A stretch of 64,000 bases of DNA from Vicugna vicugna (GCA_013265495.1 MU061579.1:5888963-5952962); one strand, 5' to 3'. Positions 11,776 through 25,749 are shown, counted from the first letter of the stretch. Notes: generated by a model not told the origin, from the sequence alone. Translations and numbers: made by a program.

Positions 11776-13239
11776 AAATACAATCTTAAAAAAAGTTACT
11801 GCTATCAAAATACCTGATTACCTTTATGAAGAGGGATCTAGTCTTCCTAAATTAAGGAAAACGTTAAGTGAGTGGGCTCATGGAGAGGCTAGGCACTTGA
11901 AGTAAGAGCTGTTTAACTACTTACTGGTCAAATGAATGGGTAGTGAAATTCGAGTTTGTATTATAGTGATGGAGTATGCATTTCTTATTTTTCAGTACTT
12001 AATATATGCATTTTTGACTATTTTTCAGCTTCTGACACTATGCCCAGCATGTGATTAACACTTAATGAAAATGAGCTAAATAACACAATGCCTATGTGAA
12101 TGACGATTGGCATCAAGAACCAGTTTGTCCTACTTATGGGAGTAGAAATAAGATCCTGCGTTTGAGGTTCAAGGATGGAATACTAAAGTCTTCTTGGTGT
12201 ATTTTGACCAATTCTCTCTTTCAGTGTCTCCAGGTGCCTGTCACTCTGAAGTTAAGGTGACAGAGATCACTTGTTAAGGTAGGGTAACTATTGCTGAGAA
12301 ACAAAAACAAAATAAGCAAAAAACAAAAAAAAAACCTAACTAAAAAGTTACTTGCTAAGATGTGAAAAATAATTGAGAATTGGAAATAGGTGGTTTTACA
12401 GTTGATGTTCTTACTAAATATTTAATAGCAATATACAGAAAATGAATTAAGCTAGCTTCAAGAAATGACTTACATACATCAATTTATATCTTATAATCTG
12501 TAGCAGTGGAGGAATGATATAAATTTAAAAGTAAAAATTAAAGGATTACATCCCTCTAGAAAACTGAAAAGCAAAACAGACAAAACACTAAAAACATACT
12601 GCAGAAAAATGTTCTATCAGCTTGACTTAAATCAGTCTAATTTTTTAAATCATATTTTAGTTTTCCTCTAGCTGTCTCACTCATTAATATATTTTATCTT
12701 TGTTTATGTTGGGTATTACTGACATCATTTTTTACAGTTAAGTTTTTAATAAGCATAATAAACAAACAATCCATTCTAATATCATATTCCAAATCCATTA
12801 GAAATAATCAGAAAACTAGAAGTAGAAGTCAAATTTTACTAATAGAAAATGTGAGGCAAGAAAAGTTAGTACATTCAATGAAGAATTTTATAAATAAACT
12901 GAGCATGAAATGAAAACAATAATGAAGCTGACAATGTCACTCTAAAAGAAGTAGCAGTTAACATGTCTGGTTATAAAACACTATCACGAGATGTATTTTT
13001 GCCTTCCAATATTTCAGGGTTTTCCTACCAAAAGAAAATCAAAGTGAGTGAAATTTAAACATCTGATTTCCATTATGTCCTTGATTTTATGAAATATTTT
13101 GTATCAATGCAATGAGAACATAATATATCCTTCAGATTTTTCCACTGGATAAAAACATATTCAGGACTTTGCTTGCCTTAAAAGAAGCAAGTCACAAATA
13201 TTATTCATTTTATTTTATAGTGTAAGTCCTCTAGGTACA

Positions 13240-13930
13240 CAGTGCTAGAAGTCTTAACCTGGAATTTATGTGCCATTTATGAGTTTCCAGGATTCAATGA
13301 AATCCTGAAATTAGTTGGAATGATTTATGTGCATATGCATATGTGCATATTTTAAGGGAAAAGATAAAAATTTCATTGATCACTAAATGTATCTATATTA
13401 GTCAGAGAAATAGAACCAACAGGATTATATATATATGTATATATACACACACACACATCTAAAAGTATAATATGAAAAATTGATTCATATAATTATGAAG
13501 ACTGAGAAATTTCACAATCTGCCACGTGCAAGCTGGAGACAGAAAAGCTGGAGACAGAAAAGTTGGTGGTGTAGTTTAGTCCAAGTCCAAAGGCCTGAAA
13601 ACTAGCGAGCTAATGGTTCTAATCCAAGGACTGAAGAAGACCTATGTCCTAGCTCTGTCAGGCAGAGAGAAAGAGTTCACACTTTTTCTTCTTTTTTGTT
13701 TTATTCAAGCCTTAAGCAGATGGGACGATGACCACCCATACTGGGAAGAGCAATCTACTTACTCAGTCCACTAATCCATAGGCTAATCTCTTCCAGAAAC
13801 GCCTTTACAAACATACCCAGAAATCATGTTCTGCCAGCTATCTGGGCATGACTTGGCCTAATCAAGTTGACATGGAAAATTATTTGTCGCATGGCAATGT
13901 CTTTGATCCCAAAATTACTAAGAATCATTG
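13240..13930. mobile_element. hAT-Charlie-like MITE remnant split by MLT2
   Basis: gtcttaacctgg...atttcattgatcactaaatg on the left and tttgatcccaaaattactaagaatcattg on the right resemble Charlie-type ends. Confidence 0.4.
13394..13891 (-). mobile_element. MLT2 (ERVL) solo LTR
   Basis: tatattagtcagagaaatagaaccaacagga, (TA)n(CA)n, ...gctaatctcttccagaaac...caagttgaca. Internal perfect 15-bp tandem duplication at 13531-13560. Confidence 0.85.
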
Positions 13931-14814
13931 AAAATTCATTTACGTATACTCACTTCACTAAAGACTGAGTTACTTACTCTTTCTTCCTTTAATGAGCAAA
14001 AATCTGGCAATAAATCTACTTTCTTTTTTGTTCTATTTTACATACATTTGCAGCCTAAATTTTTGCTTTGTTTTTCATCGATATTAATTTTGTCTCTTCT
14101 ATTTATTCATGTTCTTCCTTACAACTTCAGCTACCTTCTTGGCTTTAGCTGCAGTTTTTGTGCTGTTGAACTCTCTCTGTTCAATCTCTGATCACTTTCC
14201 TGAACTACGAGAACCAAATAGCTACTTTTCAAATATATTCAGTAGGTGTTTTTAAATGAACTGATTAACATCCACCCACTCAAATTCTATTATAACTTCT
14301 TCATTCCCTGTAACAATTAATTTCATCATTCATCAGTTTCTCAAGGTCAGCACTAAATCATGCCATACTGAAACTTTTGCTTCTTATTCTATTGTACAGT
14401 CTTTTCATATGGCTGGATAAATGTCTCCCGCATCTTCTCTCTCTTCATATTGTCAATATCTAATTTAAGCTCTTGTCAAGACATACGTAAGCAATTTCAA
14501 CTTCCTCCTAAGTCTTCTCTAATCTACTGTTTCTCTTCTAATGCCACCAGAATAAACTATACAAAAAGCAAATTTTCTGATTAAGCATTGTTTTCAACTC
14601 CTAGTGCTTACCACACTGTACTACATTTAAAAAGATTTTTTGCATTCCTGCTTACATCATTAGATAGTAATGCTCAATGTCTCACTCACCTTTCTAGTGG
14701 CTCTAGCAATCGGGTCCAATGTGCAGATAATGGATGAATAATGCAAATAATTACATGTACAAATTATGTACCAAATATGCATGTTCAAGTACAAACGATA
14801 CTATAGCAGAGATG

Positions 14815-15238
14815 GGCAATCTGTTGACCAAAATTTACACTTCTCCTTTCATATTTCTAGCTGTTGCTGGGGAAGAATGTCCCACCTGTGCACTAGATTT
14901 GCTAGCTCCCAAATAGTGTATGTGACTGATTCTCAATAGTGAACTTTTAGCAGAAGCAATATATTACTTCTAGGCCAGGGATTTTAACAACTTGGTATAT
15001 TCTACAATGACTTTTGCCTTTCACCAGCTAAATGAGGAGAATTCCAAGACTTTGGTGGAAGAAGAAGCCAGAAGATTAAAAAAAAAAAAAACCTGGGTCC
15101 CCAAAGCACAACCTGGAGGCAAGTGTCCCTCTTTGCCCAAAGGACCCTCATTGGGGAACATGAGTGAGAATAAGTTTCTATTATATTAAGACATATTTGC
15201 TTAAGGTGTTGTAGACGCTAATTACTCCAGCTAATATA
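14815..15238 (+). mobile_element. Old MLT1 (MaLR) LTR
   Basis: atgtgactgattctcaatagtgaac...catgagtgagaataagtttctattatattaag...ctaatata. Confidence 0.65.
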
Positions 15239-16057
15239 AGTAGATAGTCAGCAAAGTATTTTGAAATGAATGTGTATAACGTACCCAAGTATTATACATT
15301 TGCATAAATGGATGAAGGCAGCAAAAAGGAAAGTGTTTCTCTCTTGCATTCTCCCAAATGTGGTTACAGTATAATGATCATTACATGTCACTTCTTTCAA
15401 TTAAAGAAGGAAAAAACATTGTAAAGTATTAATTTGGAACCTATCACAAAATTTGTATCTTTATAAAGTTTCTTCACTTTAATAATTTTTCACTTTAGCA
15501 CATAACTGAAAGTACTGTTTTGCTCAAGAAATGAAAAAGAACAATACAAATAATTAAAGAGAATCTGGAATATGTTGACAACTAATTAAGGCAATGAAAA
15601 CATTTGGATGAGGGTCCAGTTAAAACTATCCAAGTAAAATAGACTAAGCTATTTAAGTAACCATATTACATACATTGCTTTTTCATATAAATCTGTGAAA
15701 GTATCTTGGGATTGTTTATTTTGCCCAGTTTATGTGTTGATGGCTTTTTCCATTTTTGCATAGTCAGTCAATTTATTTCAGTAAAATTGAATTAAGTGAG
15801 AAAAGAAAATTTAATCAAGTTTTCCCTCCAGCACTCTATCCTTCCCATAATGCATTAGAAATTTGTGAGATGAGATTTTTTTTTAAATATATATTTGAGG
15901 TGATGATGAATGTGAGATATACAACTGTTTAGAATTGAATTCTATGTAGAAATAATCATTGGATCTTTTTGAATATAATACAATACATGGCCAGAGTCCA
16001 GTGTTTACTCATTTTTGGTCACCATAACATCTTGCAGAAATCTGGAGTCCACTTGGC

Positions 16058-16187
16058 CCTTGCTACTCAAAGTGTGGCCCATGGAGCAACTGCATCAATA
16101 CCATCTAGAGCTTATTGGAAATGCTGAATCTCAAATCCCAGCCTGGTTGGTTTGTATGCATGTTGAAATTTGAAAAATATTGCTCTT
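16058..16187. mobile_element. MER5-type hAT-Charlie MITE
   Basis: tgctactcaaagtgtggccc...gagcttattggaaatgctgaatctc...aaatttgaaaaatattgctct. Confidence 0.75.
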
Positions 16188-16399
16188 GATAACAAAGAGA
16201 AAATAAAGAATGGATTGATGACAGCTCCAAAGGGATTGTATCACTCTGAAAAAAAAATAATTTTATTTGCATTTAAGTAAAATGTTTCCTTAAAAATATT
16301 TAGCCTGGAATATAATCCAGGCTAAATAATTGTCTTCTTTAGACTTTGAGTGCTAACATTAAGCTTCAGCGAAAAGAGGCATAATTTTCTTAGGTAGAC

Positions 16400-16960
16400 T
16401 TATGTTAGTTAAGGGGTTTTCAGTTGAAAATAATGGGAAAAATCACCTCCACTATTCTTAAGTAGTAAAGAAACCCTGAGAGTGCAGTTTAGGGCAGGCC
16501 TCAGAGATGATGCAATCCAGCAGCTCTGGCTTTCTTTGCTGGAAGTTTTCTTGGCTTTACCCTCCTTCCTGTGCAGTTTTATCCAGAAGCTAGTAAAAGA
16601 CGGCAAAGTAACAACTCTTGCACATAGTAAATTCAAGTCCAGAAGAATAGAGACTGTCTTTTCTTGTGGCTAACACTTACATAAAAGGAAATTTCCCCCA
16701 GATTTCCCAAGTAAATACTATCTCCTTGCAGCTCGTTGTTTGATTGGAAGAGCACACACTCACTCCGAAACCAAGCCCTGCCTTCCCAGGAATTTAATTC
16801 ATTCATTGGCTTAGACCAGAGTCCCTGAAAAGGTGATTGTCAAGGGGATGAAAGTACCTTGGTTGGCCTATTGTCTTGGATCACGCCTTCCAACTGCTTC
16901 TCAGGTTGCTAATCAATGAGCAGGGGAGAGGTGAATGTTGAGAAGTTAATCACAATGTTT
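16400..16960 (-). mobile_element. Old MLT1 (MaLR) LTR
   Basis: tgttagttaaggggttttcagttgaaaataatg...tgattggaagagcacacactcactccgaaacc. Confidence 0.55.
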
Positions 16961-17279
16961 ACTGAATTCTGCATTCCTTTTATTATTAGACTTACATCAT
17001 TGTGCCCCTCTTATCTCATTTCCATCCCTCTAGTCATATTGTCACATGACCTTCTGATACTTTTAATAAAACTAACTTGTTAAGTTCCATGACACTTGTA
17101 TGCACTCTATGCACTGTCTCCATTAATGTCCAAAATGCTACCCCTGTCTCCTTGGAGGGAGGAATTTGGTTTTGTTTCCATTGGACTGTTTTGTTTTTAC
17201 AATTCTCACGTAAGAGTCACTGAGGCCACCTTATCTGCCACAACCTCCATGCCCAGGAATTCTGGCATCTGTATTTTCT

Positions 17280-17461
17280 TTTTTTTTAACATTTTTTATT
17301 GAGTTATAATCCTTTTAAAATGTTGTGTCAAACTCCAGTGTAGAGCACAATTTTTCAGTTATGTATGAACATATATATATTTATTGTCACTTTTTTTTCT
17401 CTGTGAGGTACCATAAGATCTTGTATATATTTCCCTGTGCTATACAGTATAATCTTGTTTA
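17280..17461 (-). mobile_element. Young L1 3' end (about 180 bp)
   Basis: Closely similar to 2500-2680. TSD tgtattttct (17270-17279 / 17462-17471). Confidence 0.92.
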
Positions 17462-19449
17462 TGTATTTTCTACTGCAGATGTGTGCAGTGAGAGTGGAAC
17501 CAGATGTTCAATACACTGAGCCCCACGTTTACTATACATCACTAGGGAGAGGAAAGTCTGCTGTGTTTTAGATGACCAACTTGAACGTGTTCCCTCTAGT
17601 TACTAAAAGATATTTTACAGTGAATGATGCCAAAATGACCAATAATCATACTTGCAGGAATAAGTCTATGACACCCAGAGTGAAAACTGATTATTCAAGC
17701 ACAGGTCCAGAGAGATACAGGGCAGCAGTCTCTGAACTCTCAAACATGTTCCAGTGCCAAGAAAACTTCAAGCTATTGTAACAGAGGGGCTGCAGGGGCA
17801 CCCTCCTCTCTGTGAGAGCAGGTTTCTTTGCTTAAGCAGTTGCCATATAGTAAGCCTTCAAAATGTACTTATTGAATAAAAAATTCTTATCTTGAGTAAA
17901 CTGGCTGAAAGCACCACATTTTTTAAGTGGTCTATGAATTTTATCTTATAGATAATTATCATTGTTGAATTCTCCAAACTATGATCAGAAGCTACTAGCA
18001 ACTCAATGAAGAATTTTTATAGTATGTACCTATTTCTTGGCACTAGAATTATTTTTTTTCTCTTGTATTGTATGGCTTAGAATTAATTGCAAGGCTGACA
18101 AGCAAACCTAACAATAAGTGAAGACATTAATTATAAAAGGGCTTAAAGTAGTCGATTTTTACCGAAATGTGTCTGGTGTGAGTCAACAGTAACAACGCAT
18201 AAGTGAAGAACATATATCACATATGTGTCCATCTAGTTAATATACATAAGTGAATATCTAATGAGTTAGTGATATCCACAGTGTTTCAGAATATCTGGAA
18301 AGCTTTTCTCCTTTGAGGTGTGATCATTTCCTCTGTCTCTCTAGATGCTGTTAATTTTTCACTCCTCAGTTCATGCTGTCGTCCTGGGAAGAATTTCCAA
18401 CTACAAAAGTTCATAGTAATTTTTTTTCATTTTTTCTATTTTCATAGCCCTTACTGACTAGATACTAGTCTCTAAAAGTTTTATGAATGTCAATCTCTTT
18501 TTGCCAATAAAATTCAATTTTCTCAAGAGCATAGTAAAATCAGCATACTTCTTTACATTGTACACAGGTTAGAGTATAGAATAAGTCTGTAATGAAAACT
18601 AATTAATTAAAAAAAATCACCAAATTTCCATTTTCTTTTCTTTGTTGCTAAACTAAATGACATGTACAAAGTATATGGTAAAAATTGTTATTGTTTGAAA
18701 TTATCTGTTCTACTATAAGATCACCTTCAAATTTCCAGCCTCATCCTTCTCATTGTAGTTGGTTCAATACTGATGGAGAATCCTCTCCAGATCTCTTGTG
18801 TTATCCTGCTTTGTCTAGTGTTCAACCCACCAGAGGTGACAGCAATAATAATTTAACACATCTAATAACAGGATCTATTTTTTCCAATGCTGTTTTTGCA
18901 CAACACCTCTAATACTTCCCTATCAAAGAGTGAACATGTTTAATATAATTAAATTAAATATATTACATTTTAAAATATAAAAATATAAATAGAATTCCAC
19001 CATAACACAGCTCATTATGACATGCAGATCATATCACAAAAAATATACCTTGAAACATCAAAATCACATAGAATAAAATTATCAAAGAATTTGCATGGTA
19101 AATTGCCTATTCTTTAAAAAATGATATAAAATATTAAGAATACAATAGGACTGGGATTACTAAAGTTCTGTTCCTTGAAGCCATAGTCTAGAGGACATTA
19201 GTAAGAGTGACTTGAAAATGTGATATTTACACTTGTAGAGGTGTTCTGAGGGACATTGTCTGGGGAAATGCTGAGGTAGGTAAAATGGATTCATACTGGA
19301 AATCAAGACCTCATTGCTAGTCTTAGCTAGGTAGATCTAAGGCTTAGGAATTCACACAGTTATGGAAGGACATACTACATGCTTTTAGTTCCAATTAAAA
19401 CATTTTTAAATATATTCATCTATCAATTAAAATATAGTACTGATATTTC

Positions 19450-19930
19450 CACTTGGATGCTTTTAGTTTCAATAACAGCAAACCCAATTTGAACACATCC
19501 GGAGGCTTGAGCCAGGACCACAAAGATATTACAAAGCCAGGCCAATTTTCTTTTTCCTTGTCTCTGCTGTCTCCTACTTTGTCTTCTTCTGCATAGGATT
19601 CAACTTATTGTCTCAAAATGCTTTCTCTAGGTACTTGGCTGCATACACCCTCTTTCATATGCTGCAGATGTGAGAGAGTATCTTTTTCCCGAAGAATTCA
19701 GCAAACTCTGAGATATACTCCAATTAGATTAAGTCATATGTGCTTCATGAACTAATCACATTGCCCAGAGTTCGTCATGCACTGACAGGGTTTACCCTAG
19801 GTCATATGTTCTAACCCTGAAAGCGAGAATGGAATTAGCTTCCCTCAAGCTGCAAGGATCTGCTAGTTTCAAGTGGGGATTTTGAAGAATGGAAAATAGG
19901 ACATGGATGCACAGGAAGCAACAGATCTGT
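19450..19930 (-). mobile_element. Old MLT1 (MaLR) LTR
   Basis: ggatgcttttagtttcaataacagcaaaccc...aggtcatatgttctaaccctga. Confidence 0.55.
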
Positions 19931-21016
19931 GTTCTTCATTCAAGGAGAATGCAAGGAAGGATTACAAATTATAAATTTATAAAATGATAAAAACTTGAAA
20001 AGAGAAGGGTAGAGTAAGTGAAAACAAAGTGATTTCAGGAGAATCATTAAAATATACATAGTTTCTGTTAAGTGTAAACATTGCTATCTAGGGCTGTCTT
20101 TTTAAAATGTGATCCTTTCTCTGTAAGTTAATCAAACAATTCTTTGATAAGAGATTAATCTGTGTTTTCTAGAAGACACCAAAATGCCTATAGAAATTTG
20201 GTAGTTACTGATTTTTCAACAAAAAATTTTATGATGGACACAATTTTGAAGTGTGAATCAACCAAAACCAACTGAGATAATGTGTTATCCACCAATTTTT
20301 TCAAATGTTTAAGAAAATACACTTTTGATTTTCCCATTGAAATTTTAGTGCCTTTACTTAGATTTTGGGCAGCCATTTAAACTTCTGAAAAGAGAAATGT
20401 TAGCTCTTCTCAGGGACTGATTAAATTTTAATAATGAGGGCATTTTTAACTTACTTGAATTCAAATAGAACAATACATGTATATATTCATTGGCGCTGTG
20501 TAGAAAATAATAATGAAAGAATTTTGTAAGTTATACATTACATTTTGTTTAAAACAAAGCAAAAATAATAAAGAATGCTTACTTACATCACTTGTTATCT
20601 TTGCCTAAAGAAGTTGATAGTATGAGGTTCAGGCAATTATGAACTGCTCTGGTAATGAATATCTTGAAAACCTAGAAAAGACAGCCTCCTTCCCCTTGTT
20701 TCATCAGCAAGGCACAAGCCTAGAGACAATTCCAAGTGGGGTTGGGTGGGCCAGGTTTAAAGACTCCATGTTTGACAGGGAAAATTGATTCAAGTGTCAA
20801 TCCAAAGTAAAGTGTTATGCACAATTGGTGTTGAGTCCCTGACTCCTTCCAATCAGAATGCAGCTCTGTGCCCTTCTTCTTTAGAAATTCATGACTAACT
20901 GCTACATCAAAACTTATATTCACACAATGCATTTAAATTTTTTTTTTTTGCTTTATTATTGTTTTCTGTCAGCCTGGATCCAAAGAATCCTAAGAAATTC
21001 TTTGTTCTAAATGTTC

Positions 21017-21741
21017 ATGGATATTCCTCAAAAAACTAAAAATAAACTTACCATATGATCCAACTGTCCCACTCCTGGGCATATATCTAGAAGGAAACTT
21101 AATTCAAAAAGACACATGCACCCCAATGTTCATAGCAGCACTATTTACAATAGTCAAGTCATTAAAACAACCTGAATGTCCATTGACAGATGACAGGATA
21201 AAGAAGCTGTAGTATATTTTTACAATGGAATAGTACTCAGCCATAAAAAATAATAAAATAATGTCATTTGCAGCAACATGGATGGGCCTGGAGAATGTCA
21301 TTCTAAGCGAAGTAAGCCAGAAAGAGAAAGAAAAATACCATATGATATCAATTATATGTGGACNNNNNNNNNNNNNNNNNNNNNNNNNNNNNNNNNTATG
21401 TGGACTCTAAAAAAAAAAAAAGACAAGAGAATGTATTTACAAAACAGAAACAGACTCAGACATAGAAAACAAACTTATGGTTACCACGGAGGAAGAGGGG
21501 GAAAGGGCTAAATTGGGAGTTCTAAATCTGAGATACTAATTACTATATATAAAACAGATAAACAACAAATTTATACTATATTTGATATCTTGTAGTAGCC
21601 TATGGTGAAAAAGAATATGAAAACAAATATATGTGTGTTCATATGACTGAAGTATTGTGCTGTACACCAGAAGTTGACACAACATTGTAAACTGACTATA
21701 CGTCAATTAAAAAAATATATATATATATGTATAAAAGAAAA
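21017..21741 (+). mobile_element. 5'-truncated L1 (ORF2 end plus 3' UTR)
   Basis: ccatatgatccaactgtcccactcctgggcatatatc...gtcatttgcagcaacatggatgg, then an A/TA tail. TSD ctaaatgttc (21007-21016 / 21742-21751). Confidence 0.93.
21364..21396. other. Assembly gap (33 N)
   Basis: N run with the same 9-mer tatgtggac on both sides. Confidence 0.99.
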
Positions 21742-21959
21742 CTAAATGTTCCAGTCCTACTTAGTCTTGGATCTCCATATAACTCAGAGCCAGTCTGTGC
21801 CGGTCTATGACTTGGTAAAGGTTTCTTCCAGACTGAAGTATCTCAATGACATTTGTGAAAAAGAGCATGTTAGGAGACCTTTATATTCTGCAAACTGCAG
21901 AGGATGTAAATGTATCTTCAACTTACTGTATTTACACAATGGCGGGTTGGGGTGACACA

Positions 21960-22190
21960 TGTTACATTCAACAAATGGCATACTTTGTGCTCAGCACTGT
22001 GCTGAGTGTAACAGGGCTAGTGAAGAAGTGAAAATCCAGTTTTCAAGGAGTCCGCTTCATGGAATAACAGTGCTACAAACTGAAAATACGATTAACAATG
22101 TAAACAGTACAAGTGCTAAAATTTTGCTGTTTGGGAGAACCAGGGGCCCGCTCGGTTACAAAGGTCACGAAAAGCTTCAGAAGAAGAAAA
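21960..22190 (-). mobile_element. L2 3' end
   Basis: cattcaacaaatggcatactttgtgctcagcactgtgctgagtg. Confidence 0.55.
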
Positions 22191-22351
22191 ACACCAGCTT
22201 TATCTCTTTATACACAATTGCAGCATAATGGTTTCCCTGCTATTGTCTTTCCTAGCCCCTTCCATCTTGTTCTAATTTTGCATTGTCTGCATAACTTTTA
22301 GCAACATGATAGACATGCAGATCTTCAAATGAATGATTACAGCATGGATAT

Positions 22352-22799
22352 AATTTTTTTTTTGCAATTGATTGACTTTATAAATAATGTTTTATTGAAG
22401 TGTAGTTAATTTACAATGTTAGTTTCAGATGTGCAGCAAAGTGATTCAGTTATACATATGTATACACACACATATGTATTTTTTCTTTTCAGATTCTTTT
22501 CCATTATAAGTTATTACAAGAAATTGAATATAGTTCCCTGTGCTATACAGTAGGTCCTTGTTGTTTACCTATTTTACATATAGTAATGTGTGTCTGTTAA
22601 TCCTCAACTCCTAATTTATCCCTCCCTGCCCTTTCCCCTTTGGTAACCATAGTTTGTTTTCTATGTCTGTGAGTTGATTTTTGGTTTGTAAATAGAATTT
22701 GTATCATTTTTTTTAGATTCCACATATAAGTGATATCATATATTTGTTTTTTTCTGTCTGACTCACTTCACTTAATATGATAATCTCTATGTCCATACA
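22352..22799 (-). mobile_element. L1 3' UTR fragment
   Basis: ttttattgaagtgtagttaatttacaatgtt...gattccacatataagtgatatcata. Perfect TSD tacagcatggatat (22338-22351 / 22800-22813). Confidence 0.92.
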
Positions 22800-24494
22800 T
22801 ACAGCATGGATATTGAATATGAGTGTCAATTGTATGTGTCTGTTAGAGGGTGGGAAGTTTCCTTACCAACAAAACGATTGTGCATTTATTTCCCATCTCC
22901 CCAGCAGTCAAGGAAATGGAGTGGTAGCTATAACATTCTCATTCTGTTCTATAAAAATGTTTGTGAAATATTCCACCAATCTTCTTCTAAACTCGAAAGC
23001 CACTTCAATAATAAACTTCCTAAGCACCAATAATTAACTAAGAAACCAGAAGAAACATTACATATTTGGAAAAATTCAGTTTAACTTACAGCTAGAAATT
23101 CTCTCTTAAGAATACTAGCTCTATTCAGGAAAATATTTCTCTATTTGGAAGATTCTGGTCATCATTAAAATGTGAAACCTGTGCCACTTTTGCAGAATGA
23201 AAACAGGACAAAGAAATATTTTCTTCTGCAAAAAAATGATATGCATGCTTTCCTTGCTGCTACTGTGATGGAAATGTGTCTGGAATCTTTTGTGTATTTA
23301 TTTTAACATATTTCAGTGTTATCCAGAATCGCATGATCCATCAACACTGTGATAAGCCCATCCTGTTTGCACATATGAGCAATGTTTAAAAAAAATCTAA
23401 TATAAATCAATGGAGAATGAATCAGACAATAACACACCAGGTAAACTAGTCATTTAAATTCCTCAAAATAGTTCTCAGTGAATTATTCATCATTCACCAT
23501 TCTTTGCAGTTTAAGTGAAATATTACAGTAAATATCTTCTTTCCAAAGAAAATCAATTTTCCTTTACTAACATGTTTTATTATAAAAAGAGCAATAGTTC
23601 ATGATGTGTGAATAATAAAAAAAAATCTGCTATCATCTCCACTCTGCCTTCTTTATTCTGCATATGAATATGAAATTGCGTGCATAAAAATAAGAGACTA
23701 AAGTGATCATGCATCGTAATTTTGTAAGAGCACTATTTGGTTCTTAGACTCAGATTTAGCAATAATAAGCTGAGGGACACATCTGTAATTTTGTACACCT
23801 TACAAGTATTATTACCACAGAGTTATACTATTCTTGAACTTGGTTGCTTCATGTTACCCGGTTTTCAAATTTTTGCTTAGTTGTTTGATTCACGCTTTAA
23901 ATTCTCCATTTACATAAACATGCTTTATAGAAAGAATATGGCTTTGATTCATCCTTCTACACTGGGTTTTCAAAATTGCATGCATATCAAAGGTATTCAG
24001 TTTGAGAAGATAACCAAGCAGGTGCTCTACTCCCGCTTGGTTCTTACATCACATTTTCTGATATATCTAAGAACTGAGTTGCACTGACAGAAGTACTAAA
24101 CAAAACTGACTTTCGAAATCAGAAACAAGAAGGTTACATCTTGTACTGTACTCTTCCATTCACTTATACTTGCTTCCTTTTGTTGCTTAGGAACTTTTTC
24201 CTGTGTATAATCTTCAGAGCTCCAGCCACTTAACTTTTAACATTTGCTAATACTTTAGAAGCAGCTTTGTGTGGAGATTTTCCCCTTATCCTAGAAGACC
24301 AAGGAATTTCTTTTCATTATAGTATTAAAAAAACCCAAAACCCTTTTTGTGACAAATTTGGCAAGTTTGGATACATATCAATGACCAAGTTTCTTGCAGT
24401 TATTTAATCTATTGTATGTTTCACCAGAATGTAGTTTTATAAGTTTTCACCCCAGCTATTAGCATAGAAATCTAGAAGAGTCCTAGGATGAACA

Positions 24495-24740
24495 GCAATA
24501 ATAACTAATATTCACATAAATACATAAAACTTACAAGTATTATCATATTTCATATTTTATGTGGAAACTCAATTATTACCAATATTTTGGTGCTGGAGAT
24601 GTTATTACTATCCCTGTCTTATATACATGAAAACTAAAACTCAGAAAAAAAAATACAGACCAAGTCCACAAAACCACTCCATTGGAAAGCTAGGAAACAA
24701 TCCATAGCTCTTTTATTCCAAGTTTTCAGCTCTTTCCAAT
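24495..24740 (-). mobile_element. MIR fragment
   Basis: ttattactatccctgtcttatatacatgaaaactaaaactcaga...ccaagtccaca. Confidence 0.55.
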
Positions 24741-25749
24741 TCAACAATAGGCCTTTCTAGAAGCCAATTTACCCAAGCAAAATGCCTCTCTTACAACATA
24801 TTAAATCCCAACTGGTGGTTTACTATTTTATTTAATACTATGTTAGTGTCTATGTGTATGTTCTAGATTACATCCACAATCTATAAAATATGCAGAGAAT
24901 AATCAGTTAATGAAGGAGCTTTCTAAATGCAATTATAACTACAAAAACACTAAAGATTTGGATTCTTGGTTACAGACCATGAAGGCTCTCAATCATGAAG
25001 ATATTGAGTGTTGTACTATCTAATACTGTTATATAAAAACATCCTTGGCCATAACCCAGTAAAAATCAGGATGGCTTTCTCTGATTTCTTCAGTCTTTAC
25101 TGATATTTTTTCTGCTCTAAATTAGAAGTTGAGGCCTAATTTAACAATCAATTAGATGTGGTCTGATTTCTCACTTGTAATTTATAAGCATCCCGTTTCT
25201 CTGAGTATCAGACTTTGGGTATCTTGGGAGAAGATATCTCCATAAACTCTTTTTTTGAATCCTGGGGATTATTTAGCACAGGTCCTTGCACATATTAGGG
25301 GCTGAGTAAATACTTATACTTTATCAGATAAACAATAGAAAATGTTTTTTTAACCATCTTTTTAAATTATCGTAATCAGATGACAAAGTACGAGGTATTA
25401 AAGGCACACTCCTTGATTTCTAATTTTCTGTCATTCAGTCCGTAGCTGACTATACTTTGTAAACGTACATGGTCCATTCTACGATAAAACATTTCATATA
25501 GAAAGTTCTATTAACATGGAATTGTAACTTAATATAGACAAGTTTTCTCTCCTTGCATGAGAAATCTGTCTCAGAGTGAAAATGCACATAGGATACACTT
25601 GCAGAGAAACTTCTTATTTATGACGTGGAGCAAATAGAGACAATGATTTCTTATGGATGTTTGAAGTGGCTGTATTCAAAGAGAAGGATGCCAGGGGAAG
25701 CGAGTCTGCTTTTCCTTCACTGCTGATCGCTAAACTGGATCAACTAGTT

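Larger units (their letters stand above)
10145..11790 (+). mobile_element. Old L1 (L1MC-like), 5'-truncated and internally deleted, with TSD
   Basis: ORF2 reverse transcriptase remnant, then ORF2 C-terminus and an L1MC-type 3' UTR. TSD aaaagtgactgcta (10131-10144) / aaaagttactgcta (11791-11804). Confidence 0.9.
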
